Assembly (NCBI RefSeq): GCF_048593235.1
Contig: NC_133619.1
Coordinates: 501,669,644 to 501,733,643, forward strand
DNA length: 64,000 nt
From: Sminthopsis crassicaudata
Taxonomy: Eukaryota
Direction of reading: 5' to 3'
Shown here: positions 1 through 12,049 of the stretch, in pieces
How the letters are laid out: every line of letters starts with the position of its first letter
How positions within the stretch are numbered: the stretch's first letter is position 1
Program-made: the position numbers and the translations under genes
The notes under the pieces: model-generated
Seen by the model: only the letters and a program-made list of their open reading frames with translations
Databases searched by the model: none
What the model was told of the DNA's origin: nothing

Positions 1-69
1 GACCCCAACAATAATTTACCCCATTAAATATATCCATCCTATGACTTGTATTTATTCATCAAGGAATGC

Positions 70-185
70 TGGGACGGCTTAGTGGATACAGTGCCAGCCT
101 CCAGGGACAGAAAGTCCTGGGTTCAAGTCCTGCCTCTGACACATTCTGACTGACTTTGGGCAAGACACTTAAAACCTCTCGGACG
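70..185 (+). mobile_element. MIR/MAR1-like CORE-SINE fragment
   Basis: tRNA-like head and core (agtggatacagtgccagcc...gggttcaagtcctgcctctgacac...gggcaagacacttaa). Confidence 0.7.
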
Positions 186-798
186 ACTCTGAAAAAAAAA
201 AAGAGTGTCAACTGCAGAAGTGCAATTTCCTGACAGGATGAAATCACAGGTCACAAACGCAAACCCCTGATTATAAAATCAAGCCCTCCCCTCTCACAGC
301 CCTTAAAGGGCACGGAAGGCTTGAGGGGGAGCAGGGGTGTAAGGCAAGGGATTCAGCTGTGTGACCTCAGGCTAGACCCTTCCGTCTCCGGCCCAGGCTT
401 TCACACGGAAGAGGAGTGGGCTAGGAGGAGCTCTAAAGTTCCCCCCGGCTCGATTCCACTCGGAGAGGGCCGACATAGACCCCCGCAGCGGGGGGCGGGG
501 CCGGGCAGGGGAGGAGAGGGCCGAGGTGAGCTTGCCCCGCCTTCCCCTCCGCTCGCGGCGCTCCCCCCGCTCGAGCTCGGTTCGCTGCCCGCCCGCCTTC
601 CTGCCAGTCCTGGGGCCTCCGCTCCGGCCCTGACGAGCGAGCGGAGTCCCCCGGCCTTGGGCTCGGCTCCGAGCGGTCCTCTGCAGCTTCTTCTCCTTCC
701 CTGCCGGCTTCTACCTGCGCCTCGCGGCCAGACCCCGAGCCCACCGCTCCCCATCCCCACGGAATCACTCCCGGCTCGGGCCCGGGAAACCAACTTAC

Positions 799-905
799 CG
801 AGCCGCAGCAGCCGCCGCCTCCGGAGGAATCCAAACGCGGAGGCTTTCCCGCCAAAATCCGCCAGTCACGGCACGACTGCAGACGTGCGCGCTGCAGCGC
901 CGTAA
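799..905 (-). other. CHEK1: Putative non-coding first exon of CHEK1 (5' end approximate)
   Basis: Consensus donor CG|GTAAGT at 799/798. The exon contains TTTTGGCGGGAAAG...TTTGGATTCC, which resembles the human CHEK1 5' region as I recall it. No CHEK1 coding sequence is in the window. Confidence 0.65.
845..857 (-). promoter_or_regulatory. E2F binding site (TTTTGGCGGGAAA)
   Basis: Plus strand reads TTTCCCGCCAAAA, a canonical E2F element. CHEK1 is an established E2F target. Confidence 0.75.
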
Positions 906-928
906 AGCGAGAGGCCGCGCGCGCTCCC

Positions 929-974
929 GCGGGCTCGGAGGGCGGGCTCGGAGGGCGGGCTCGGAGGGCGGGCT
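929..974 (+). repeat. 13-bp tandem repeat (GCGGGCTCGGAGG) x3.5 generating GC boxes
   Basis: Perfect units at 929-941, 942-954 and 955-967, plus a partial unit at 968-974. Confidence 0.9.
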
Positions 975-1844
975 GGCGGGGCGGGGGTTTGAGGTGGGAG
1001 TGGGGCTGGGGGGGCGATTACCGGAGGATTAGACCGGCTAAAATGGAGCCCTGGGAAAGGTGGAGTTAAAAAGAACAGAAATAAAGGTAGGGGGAGACTT
1101 TTACCTTGGATTCAAGAAAGGGAGAGGAAGCTATTGCAGTTGCTAGGTAAATACAAGCACCGAGGCCAGAGCCGTGGGTACCGCAGCCTTAGCGGCCGGC
1201 TGCCTAAGCGGATGCTAGTCATGGTGGCCAGGCTTGGTGATGGCCCGAAAACCTCCGTCTGCGAAGGCGATGAGGCAAGGATGTTACCGTTTCTCCGTGC
1301 CTTCGGTCAGTGTAAACGGCAAATTGTAAAGTGTCTCACTTTACTCAAAACAAATTTGTCCTAAAGGATTAATCACCGCAACTCAGTCACGAGGGCTTAG
1401 CATCCACAAAGTCATCTTAAAATCTTTTCGATGCCATTTTACTAGTCTCAGGCCTGCTGCTTATTAGTTATGCGCCCTGAATATAAAAGGCCAGGGTCGT
1501 CCACGGCATCCGGGACAACTGCCTCACTTAAACCCGACTCCTGCACAAGGCCTCACCTATCTCCTCAAGAGCAAAGGAGCACACCTCCAGCAGAGCCGCT
1601 GAGAAGCGCAGCGAGCCCGAGTCGCAGAGGGGAGAGCCGGAACACTCCTACGCAAGGGGACGCAACGCCCCACTCTAGGCTGGAGCCAGCTAGTTCCCCG
1701 GGGAACCCTGCCGTTCTCCACCAAACGCAAACTTTATTTCAAAGATGGAAGGAAGGAAGGAATCATGGAAAGAGAAAGGGGAGAGCAGGGCTGGAAGGAA
1801 AGAAGCAAGAGAGGAAGGAAAGGCGAGCATTTATTAATGGCTTA

Positions 1845-2340
1845 TGTCATGTTCTCTCTAAAATGTCATGTTCTCTGTTGAGGCAGCCTTCATTTCAGTT
1901 CAGAGTAATCTAGTTTTTCTGGAGGCCTCTCTCTCTCCCTGGCTCCCAGAGCTTGAGCTCCCGCCTGCCTTCTCTGACTTCTGAATCTGAATGAGGATGG
2001 AATGAATCTGTCTCAGCCTCTGAGAGCTTCTAGTGAGCTTGTCCTCCCTGGCCCTGAGAGCTCCTCCTTCCTTATATGTGCCCCTCACTGAGTACACACC
2101 AATCATTACATCACTAGGAAACCAGTATTTGTTTTAGGATTAAATCAGTGCTAAACTATATTTAATCACTGTCTCCTCAATTCCACTTGTTTCAAGTTCT
2201 GGTCCATAATATCTCCTTGTAGGATCAGATCAATCATACCGAACCATGCTAAATTAGATAACTATTGTCTCTCTCAACTCCACTGACTTAGTACCTTGTA
2301 AGAATCCTTTGTTTCAAGTTCAGAGTTCTGGCCCATAACA
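1845..2340 (-). mobile_element. Solo ERV LTR (496 bp) with 6-bp TSD GGCTTA
   Basis: TG...CA termini and identical GGCTTA flanks at 1839-1844 and 2341-2346. The minus strand starts TGTTATGGGCCAGAACT (marsupial LTR-like), has an internal U3 duplication, and has TATAAG at 2076-2071. Confidence 0.85.
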
Positions 2341-2849
2341 GGCTTACTCTGTGCAAAGCAGTGTAAAGCATTGGGGTATGCAAATAGAAAAAGAAGGACC
2401 CTGCTGTGAAAGAACTCATACTTTAATAGGGTTTAGGTATATATGATAAGAGTTATTGGCTACAAGTCAGATGGAAAGGTCTCCTGGTCCCTAGAGGAAC
2501 ACAGGCAAAGTAGATGGAAAGTTCTCTTTTTTCATTTAATTTCCACTGGTAAAATATCATTTGCTGTTGTTGAACCTCTTAACTATGTCAAAGATTTGGT
2601 AGCAAGAGCTTTCTTTTCAGTAGTCATGGCTTGCAGTACCCACAGAAACAGTTGCAAGGCTGCTTCCTTAAGAGAGATCCTGCTCCCCGAGATCATGGTT
2701 GACCCCATTCTTTAACCAACTCTTACTTCCCAACTGATATGTCCCTTTCTCCTGAAGCCTGAGCTTCTTTGTTAGGCATGGTCAGTAATCACTTTCTTCC
2801 CTGGATCTCCTGTTGATAGTATTTTATTTTATCATTTCCATGTAATGGT

Positions 2850-3070
2850 GTTTGTTTTGTTATTCAGTTAAGTCCCACTCTTTGTATCCCATTTGGTGTT
2901 TTCTTGGCAAAGAAATTGTAATGGTTTGTGATTTCCTTCTCCAATTCATTTTATAGATGAGTAAGCCGAGGTAAACACCATAAAATAAAGTAAATACATA
3001 GCTAGTAACGTGTCTGGGACTGAAAGTCTTCCAGGCCCAACATTCTACCTACCGTGCCACCTAGCTGCCC
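2850..3070 (-). mobile_element. MAR1-like SINE
   Basis: Reverse-complement head (ccacctagctgccc) and MAR1-type tail (tttcttggcaaag...tttccttctcca). Confidence 0.65.
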
Positions 3071-5559
3071 CTAGTTAATCTTGTATTATTAGACTTTACA
3101 ATCTATGAGGCCTAAGACTTTAATATTCCCCAAGGCCTAGCAGAGTGCTCTGCACATAATTTTTTATTCTAGTTCAGGTAAAAACCATGCCTACCATTAA
3201 ATATTAGGTGATACTGTAGTGATAAGAATGAAAAATTTGAAGTGAGAGGAACTTTAATCCTTATGTGATTTGGGAAGAACTCTTACTGGTCTCAATCTTC
3301 GCTATCCCTAAAATAAAATGGTAGAACTAGATCCCTTCCAGTTTTAAATTCCATCTTTGTCGCCATCAGTAAGCATCATTCCAAATTCTGTTATCTAGCA
3401 GCCCTGGACTGCCTTCAAGTTGGTGATTAGAAATCAGAATCCAAACTTTTGAAAAGATACATTGGTTAAACTTGTGTGTTACCAATTCCGAAATAAATAT
3501 AGTTTCTTGGCTAATAGATGGCCAAAGGATAAATTGTTAGAAATGTACAACTAACTCATTTTATAGAGGAAAAAATTGAAGTAGAGCAACGAAATCTCTT
3601 TTGCATGGTTAGATGAGGAGTAAATGGCAAAACTGAATGAAAGAAAAACCATTTATTAAGCATATACTGTGTGCCCTATGCTATGCATTATGAATGCAAA
3701 AGTACAACAATTATTGCCCCCCCCTAGAAATTACATTTTAATCAAGTTAACTATACACATAAAGGAGTAGTAGCCAGGGAAAGAAATTTACTTTGAGTAG
3801 TCTCAGAATTATTAACTAGTTATAGGTCAGTTGATTGCATCGAGTTACTGTTTCAAGAGCAACAAGTAAGAAGCATACATGGCCTGGATGAGATATAAAA
3901 TATGGTCTGGGGATACTATGTTTAGTGAGCTAGGTGAATTTGCCTCCACATGTCAGGCATTTCATCTCAGGCCCAGGATGGGAGTTCCAAAACCCAGCAG
4001 ATTAAAACTAAAGTCATTTGGACTCTAAAAGTAAGAATAGTGCTTTTCCTTCTACATCACACTTTTTTCCAGTATGAGTTTTCTGAGCTCATTTTCTCAA
4101 CTATAAAATGTGGATAAATAACATTTTCATTATCTTCCTAAAACACAGTTCTGATAATTACAGCTCCCTATTCAATAAACTCCATTTACTCCCTCTTACC
4201 TCCAAAATAAAATATAGTTTTCTGTCTTTTAAAATCCTTCAAAACCTGCCTTCTTCCTAACCAGTCTTTTTATTTCTTTCCTTTTACTCTCTGATCTCAC
4301 TGGTCTCATTGCTGTTCCTCAGGAAAAAAAAAAAATACTGTCTTCCAACTCTATGTATGTATGTATGCCTGAAATTTTCTCCCTTCTTGCTTCTTCCTTC
4401 TACCTTCTTTAGTTTCATTAATGTCTCAGCTATAATCCTACCTTCTTTAAGAAACCTTTCCCAGACTGCTTTAATATTAGTGTCTTTCCTCTTTGATTAT
4501 TTCCAATTTATTCTAGTGTAGATTTTGTTTGTTTAAATGTTGTCTCCTCTATTAGGTCATGAGCTCCTTAGAGGATGTTTTTGGTCTTTCTTTGTATCCC
4601 CAGTATTTCACATATTGTCTTACATACAACAGATGTTTACTAATTCTTGTTGATTAAACTTCTGTCAGTCAAACATTTATTAGCAGAAGGGAATAAGCAT
4701 TCATTTAGCATTGACTATGTGCTAATCACAGTACTAAATGCTTTACAAATGTTCTCATTTAATCCTTATAACAATCCTGCAAAACTGAGGCAGAGATTAA
4801 GTGACTTGCACAGTCACACAGCTAATAAGCATCTGAGGCCAAAAATGAACTCCAGGACCAACATTCTATCCACCATGTCACCTAAGCTATCCATAAGCAA
4901 TATGTGCCAGGCACTGTGTTAATCACTGGAAATGTAGAGAAAAGTAGGACAGTCCCTGTCTTCAAGGAACTCAAGGTTTGAAGAGGAAAAAAAAATATTC
5001 CAACAATTAGGTACAAACAAGACATTTATATATAATCAACAGAGGAAAGACACTAGAATTAAGGGGGAAATCAGAAGAGTCTTCCAGCAAAAGACAGGAC
5101 TTTGGATGAGATTTGAAGGAAGGGAGGGAGAGAATTTTAGACATATGAGACAGCTAATGGATATGCATGGAGGCAGGATATTGTGCATTTTTTGAGGGAC
5201 AATAAGTTAGACTAGTGTCACTGAATTACAATGTACATGGCAGATGTTAGATATAAGAGGTGGGGAGCCAGGTTATTAGGGGCTTTGAATGCCAAAGAGG
5301 TATTATATTTGATCTTAGAAATGCTATGAAGCCACTTGAGCTCTTGGGGATGGGAGTGAGGAATGGCATGTATTAAATGCAGCAAATGGGATAGCATCTA
5401 AATTCTTAAAACAAAGATGAGGTACAGGAAGAAATAGTAAAACTATACTAGTAGGAAACTTCAACTTTCCTCTCTTAGAACTAGATATCTAATTACAAAA
5501 TAAGAAATTAGGGAGGTGAATAGAATTTTTGAAAAGTTGGAAAAATTGGATGGGAATAG

Positions 5560-6375
5560 AAAGGAGTTATATATCTTTTTTTGCATCATTATAATGGCAC
5601 CTTCACAAAAATTGACTACATTTTAGGACATAAAACCCTCACACCATTCAAAATTTCAGAATCAAATTCAGAAAAGCAGAAATATTAAATGTATCCTTTC
5701 CATAACATAATGCAATAAAAATTATATTCAATAAAAGGTTATAGAAAAGTAGATTTTAAATGATTTGGAAATTAATCTAATCTTAAAGAATGAGTAAGTG
5801 AAAGAATATATCATAGAAACAATAAATAAGTTCATTAAAGAAAAGGAAAATTATAAAACAATAATTCAAAATTTATGGGTTGTAGCCAAAGGAGTATTTA
5901 GGAGAAAATTTATATTTCTAAACTTTTATGTTAATAAAAGAGAGAGGATCAATGAGTTGTTCCAGCAGCTAAAGAAAAAACCTAGGAAAAAAAAGAACTT
6001 ATTTAAAATCCCCAATTAAACACCAAAGTAGACACCTTGAAAAATTTTAAAAATTGAAAGAAAATTACTAATAAAATTGGAGCTAGTTTATTAAAAACAA
6101 AAACAATGAGATAACCCATTTGGTAAGTTGATTAAAAATAAGAAAACCAAATAAAAAGGATGAATTCACCATCAATGGCAAGGATGTTAAAGCAATTATT
6201 CAATTATTTTGCCCAATTAAATGCCAATAAATTTGATGATTTAAGCAAAATAGATAAATGTTTACAAAAATCAAAAAAGTCTTAAATGAGCTCAACAAGA
6301 AAAAAAATCCCCAGAATAAAATGGATTCATAAGTGAATTCTACCAAACATTTCAAAAACAATTTCAATAACCTAT
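5560..6375 (+). mobile_element. Degenerate L1 ORF2 fragment
   Basis: A-rich sequence. The ORF at 5798 gives L1-like QNLWVVAKGVFRRKFI, and ttctaccaaacatttc follows. Confidence 0.7.
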
Positions 6376-6377
6376 TT

Positions 6378-6597
6378 AGGGCAGCTAAATGGCACAATTG
6401 ATAGAGCACGGGGCTTGAAATCAAAAAGACTCATCTTCCTTTGTTCAAATCTGGCCTCAGACACTAACTAGCTGTCACCCTCGGCAAGTATGAGCTAGAG
6501 AAGGAAATGGCAAACTACTTCAATATCTTTACCAAAAAAATTCCAAAATGGGATCACAGAGAGTCAGACATGACTGAAATAACACAAACAACAAAAT
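6378..6597 (+). mobile_element. MAR1-like SINE
   Basis: gggcagctaaatggcacaattgatagagc head and gagaaggaaatggcaaactac...cagacatgactgaaa tail. Confidence 0.75.
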
Positions 6598-8639
6598 AGT
6601 CTATTTAGAAAAATATGCAAGAGTCCTATCAAATTCCATTTGAAATACAAATATGGTGCTGTAAAAATGGAATAATTCAGTAAATTTGCTTGAGTTCCCT
6701 TATTATCCAGGAGAGACTGAAATAACCTTAGAATCAAAATAAGCCAATTAGGAGGCAGAATGATTTATTTCTTGAGTTTGACAGTGATTCTTTGTGGTGT
6801 TCTTTGGGAGAACCTAGGACACCTCTGCTATTCCAGCAACCACAGGACTAGCTCAAACTACTTCATACTATCCCCCAAAAGACAGCTTGCACAAACATCT
6901 TGATTCAAAGTACTCTGTGCTCTCTCCGGCTTCCCTTTGTTGTAAAACTATATAAACCACTCTTTAAACTCTCAATCTTAAGAGTAGAAGACTAAATTCT
7001 GCATGATGGTGTGAGGTGAGAAAAGTCAGTTAGCCTATGCATTTGGTAAAACCATCATTCTGTTTCAATTATGGATATTATTAGCCATGTAATTTTTGGC
7101 AAATTAATTTATCTCTGCCAAGTTTTCTCATTTGTAAAAAAAATAATTGTGAAACTCAAAATTGCAAAAGTGCTTAGCATTAAATATGCTACATAAATGT
7201 GAATTGCTTTCTTGGATATAATTGCTTCATATTTGATAACTTTATGGGTTTTTTAGATGAGACCAAGAGATAAATGATTTCTATGTGTGTGTAACGTAAT
7301 TTTGAAATTTGTCTGAGATATAGTAAAAGCATTTTTAAAGGAGCTCTAATTAATGCTCACTAAAATGATATGTAAATTGTAATGTATTTGCACTGATAGT
7401 GTTAACAGAAGAGTTTGAGAACTTTAGGAAAAACAGAAAAGCAGTTTGCTACTATTCTAAAAACTCTATCTAGAGTCAGATTTCTGAGGGCCCTGTCAAT
7501 AAAAACTGGCACCTTGACCCTTTTTCTGGCTCAGAAAAAAGAGAAATGATTTGTGTAAATTGGAAAATAACCAAATGGCAATTCAGTTTGTCTAGAACAT
7601 TTAATCAGAATCTCATTAATTAAAGTTAAGTCAATTTTAAAATCTGTTCTATCTCAATTTTAAGAATTGTCTTATCTTCTCCCTAAAACAAAAGGGAAAC
7701 TTATTTAAGGGAATAGAAACTATAGCTAAGACTATTGGCTATTAGGAAAATTCTAAAATTGTTAACTAAGTTATTTGGAGTTATTGTCATCATGCTAAAC
7801 CTAAAAATGATAATTACTATGGAACAAGAGGGATAAGGTGAAAGCCTTATCAGTTCATCTCCAAGTATGAGGTGTACAACACCTTTTCCCTCTGCACAGA
7901 GTAGGGGAGGTCTCAAACAGCACAGCCCAAAAAACCACTAAGAATAGTTGGGGTTGGCAACAGCAAGCTCAGTCCCTTCCCAAGGGTCTCTGTCAACTCC
8001 CCTTAATTTGTAAGCTTGCCAGTTTTCTTGAAACTATCAGGATAAGCAACTTGAGAAATGAGTGTTTAGGAGTTATAGTTTACTAAGAATTTATAAGCCT
8101 GTGTAATGATTGATCTTTTGCACCAGGATAAGTTTAAACATATAAAACATGTTAAATAAAATCTCCCATATGTGTAAGTCCTGGCAAACTTTTCAAATTA
8201 CATATCCAGTCCTAAGCTGCAATTGATTGCATTTGTTATTAGAGATAAAATCTCCTGGGACTATAAGTGATATTCTTTTAAGTTCTGAATTTGCCTGATC
8301 ATTAAGTTAGTAACCCATCATTAGAGAGAAATGCCATTAAGTTATTCAGAGGAATGGTTTCCCCAACATCTTATCTGGGCAAGAGTCAGGAGGACAACTT
8401 TGGCCTCTGCTTAAGGTAGAGTCCTTCTGACTCTGTTTACCACTTCTGTTTCTTTGCTTCCCACCTGATTATTCCTGAGTCTAACTATGAAGTGGAATTA
8501 TTACAGCATGATCAGCTGTCAAACAGATCTAAGGATGCTTTATCCTGTCCTGTGTGTGCTCTCAGGCTGAGTTCTGAAGGACCTGTTTTGATCCTATTAT
8601 AATCAAGTCTCTGTTTTTTCCTCTGATAACAAATTTCTA

Positions 8640-10285
8640 TAATCAGAGCAAATGATCATTAGAAGACATGAATCCAATACAAGTATCCCAGGGGACACAA
8701 TGGCTTTCTACCTTAGATCTTCAAGATGCTTTCTTTTGCATACTATTGCTTAAAGATTCACAATTACTTCTTGAAGGGGCAAATCCAGGGGAATGCAACC
8801 CCCAACCATTTACTAAGGATAGTCATGTCCATAACATGGAGGTAGTTCAGGGCTTCTGTGGACACATATTTGGACAGGCCCTGGCTATCCAGTACGTAAA
8901 TTATTACATTGATTTGCAGTCCCTGCCAGGAGGCTTCTCTAGCTACAGCCATACAAAATCCCAATTTCTAGCCCCTCTCCCCCACTCTGGGCTATGAAGT
9001 TTGTTTTTATCAGTCTTATCAGTTTGTTAAGACCCTAAAAGCTAAACTAATCTCTTGCCCCAGCCTTGCCCTATCTAAAGTCTTTCACACTGTTCATTGA
9101 TGGAGAGAAGGCAGGTTATTCTGTGTTGACCCTCAGTAGTACTTTGGAAGCTAAGCTACTTCTCTCCTCTGCCCCATCCCCTTAATAGGGCTTTGGAACT
9201 GAGAAAAAGGATGAAAGTGGACATCTATACAGACTCCAAATATGCTTTTCATATTTTGCACACTCATAGAGTTATATGGAAAAAGAGGTGACTTTTGATA
9301 GCAAAAAATTCTCCTATTATACCCTACATCCTCAGGCCAACTTCTAATCCCAGGGGCCAGTAGTAACTTCTTTTTGGCCTGCCCAGCTCTTTGCTGAGCA
9401 ACAATAGGCCAGCCTTCACTTCTCAAATAACTCAAAAGGTGGCTGAGACATGTAAGATTGCTGTCTGGTAGCCTCAGTCTTTTGGGAAGACGGAGAAAAT
9501 GAATCACATCCTCAAGAGAATCCTTACTAAACTCTGCCTGGAGACTCCAGAAAATTGAATTTTCCCCCCTTCCTTCCCCAATTAGGAAGGACCATATAAG
9601 GTTACTCAACTACTCCAACTCAAGTTTTCCTAGCTGGACTCATGTTTCTAGAATTAAAAGTGCTACTCCTATTACTTCTTCTCCTCAGATATTCCTGAAT
9701 ATTCCTGTGAACCCACAAAGGACCTGAAACTACTCTTCCACAAGACTCCTGAAAACACTGGAAACACACTGAATAAAGAAGGATGAAATTGCCTGCCCTT
9801 CTCTCCCTCACTCTAGCTTGCTTTCTTGTTATTTTCCATTTTTCAGGTGTATCTTTAAAAACACTCCAAGGATGAGAGCTTTGCTCCTAGTATTTTCTCT
9901 CCAATTCTCTTGGTGTCACTCTGTGAGGGCCCCTGCCAATAGGGAAATAACTCTTTAGTCCTTAGACAGGCTAGGGAACTCCATGGGCAGCTGGGAGCAT
10001 TCAGGATTGTTGGGTGGGCCATCAGCATCTTCAAGGCAGCCCACATAGCTGACTTGATGCATTATTTGCAAAGGCCCCATTACCAAATGTCACCATTCCT
10101 ATCTTGGATGCCATCCCATTTGTACTAGCTACTGCCCCAGGGGAATAACATTAACTTTACTATCCCCTTTTTCTTGTCAGAAAGGATCTCTTACCCACAT
10201 AATAATTGTAGGATATCCATTCCAAAATTATTCTGGCAAATACACTCATAATGTTTCCATACCAAGTGGATATCTTCGACATAAA
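8640..10285 (+). mobile_element. Internally deleted, dead class I (ERV1/gamma-like) provirus: RT, RNase H, integrase C-terminus and env start
   Basis: Translated remnants: QWLSTLDLQDAFFCI (RT, about 8700), IYTDSKYAFHILHTHRVIWKKR*LL (RNase H, 9223-9300), GPY...SWTHVSRIK and YSCEPTKDLKLLFHK (IN, 9585-9745), signal-peptide-like MKLPALLSLTLACFLVIF at 9783, and DCWVG (degenerate CXXC) at 10005-10019. Many stops and frameshifts. Confidence 0.75.
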
Positions 10286-10288
10286 GAA

Positions 10289-10630
10289 GATCCAACTCAC
10301 TTCCAGTTGATCAATGATGGACAGAAACAACTACACCCAGAGAAGGAACACTGGGAAGTGAATGCAAATTGTTAGCACTACTGTCTATCTACCCAGGCTA
10401 CTTATACCTTTGGAATCTAATACTTAACGTGCAACAAGAAAATTGAATTTACACACATATATTGTATCTAGGTTATACTCTAACACATGTAAAATGTATG
10501 GGATTGCCTGTCATCTAGGGGAGGGAGTAGAGGGAGGGAGGGAAAATTTTGGAAAAATGAATACAAGGGATAATGTTATAAAAAAAATTACTCATGCATA
10601 TATACTGTATATTTTAATAAAAATAGAGAT
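10289..10630 (+). mobile_element. L1 3'UTR fragment (young marsupial subfamily)
   Basis: Same family as 57534-57875 and 23974-24145 (ggattgcctgtcatctaggggagggagtagaggg...). Confidence 0.8.
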
Positions 10631-11254
10631 TTAAAGGGAGAAAGGGAAGAATGAGATAGTTATAAAATGTTAGAATTTTATTAGAATTACATACTATTTA
10701 CTGGAGGTATTTCTGAACATCATGACTAACATATGACAAACTATCACCTAAAATCTTGTTACCATTTTGATTGACTCAGTTTTTGATACTAAACATCTTT
10801 TTTCAACTCCCTCAGTTGCCTCTCACCTCTAATTGGAGGGCTGGAGGGTGGCGGAGCAAACTCCCCTTTAAGTCTTTTATAGAGAACTCTGAACTTTCCA
10901 AACTTTTTAGGTTAACTCTCCATTTTTCACCAGCAGTCTACTTGGTTTTGACTCCATAGAACATTATGTGTGCACCCTTTGGTCACCCAGCACCACTTTC
11001 TTGCCTTCCTCCATTAGATGTAAGATTCTTGTGGGCAAGTTCTCTTTCTTTTTCTTATTTGTATCCCCAGTACTTACTTAACATACTGCCGGGCACACAG
11101 TAAGTTTTTATTTAATTAATGAATTCAGTAAACCAATACTTGAATCAGTTTCAGCTTGGTAAGAATAACTAATATAAGAGTTTATACTACTGACAAAGTC
11201 TTAGAGAACACAGGACTATGCTATAAGGCATTAGAATAAAACTTAAGAACAGAT

Positions 11255-12035
11255 CCGGCCATTCTGGAGAGCAATTTATAACTATGTTCAGAAAGTTATC
11301 AAACTGTGCATACCCTTTGATCCAATAGTGTTTCTACTGGCTTATATCCCAAAAAGATCTTAAAGGAAGGAAAGAGACCCCACATAAGCAAAAATGTGGC
11401 AGCCCTTTTTGTAGTGGCAAGGAACTGGAAACTGAGTGGATGCCCACCAGTGGGGAAAGGCTGAACAAGTTATGGTATATGAATAATTATGGAATATTAT
11501 CGTTCTGTAAGAAACAATCAACAGAAGATTTCATAGAGGCCTGGAGAGACTTACATGAACTGATCTAAGTGAAATGAACAGAACGAGAAGATCATTGTAC
11601 ACAGCAACATCAATACTATATGATGATCAATTCTGATGGATGTGATTTTTTCCAACAATGAGATGACTCATGCCAATTCCAATGATCTTGTGATGAAAAG
11701 AGCCATCTACACCCAGAGAAAGGACTATGAATGTGGACCACAACATAACATTCTCACTCTTTTTGTGTTGTTCTCGCTTGCATTTTGTTTTCTTACTCAT
11801 TTATTTTCCTTTTTGATCTGATTTTTCTAGTGCAGTAAGAGAATTGAATAAATATGTTTTCACATATTGGATTTAACATATATTTTAACATGTTTAATAT
11901 ATATTGGATTGAGTGTCATCTAGGGGATAATGGGGTAAAGAGGGGAAACTCCGAAACACAAGGCTATGCAAGGCTCAATGTTGATAAATTATCCATACAT
12001 ATGTTTTGAAAATAAAAAAGCTTTACAAATAAATT
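11255..12035 (+). mobile_element. L1 ORF2 end plus 3'UTR
   Basis: cataccctttgatccaatagtg...tggatgcccaccagtggggaaaggctgaacaagttatggtatatgaat, followed by a typical marsupial L1 3'UTR. Confidence 0.8.
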
Positions 12036-12049
12036 TTTTAAAAGGGGGG

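Larger units (their letters stand above)
321..1720. promoter_or_regulatory. CHEK1: CpG island / promoter region of CHEK1
   Basis: Very GC- and CpG-rich stretch with GC boxes and an E2F site. It lies downstream of STT3A on the same strand, as expected from EI24-STT3A-CHEK1 synteny. Confidence 0.75.

Noticed and set aside
321-905. Long overlapping ORFs (194, 130 and 140 aa) in the left CpG island
   Set aside because: Low-complexity Pro/Gly/Arg/Ala translations typical of stop-poor GC-rich DNA, with no resemblance to CHK1 or any family I recognise.
1470-1913. 147-aa + strand ORF
   Set aside because: Runs from CpG-rich sequence through a purine repeat into an LTR, and has no recognisable domain.
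9783-10285. Possible captured env (syncytin-like)
   Set aside because: Stop after 30 codons, mutated CXXC, and no TM region. It is a dead fragment.
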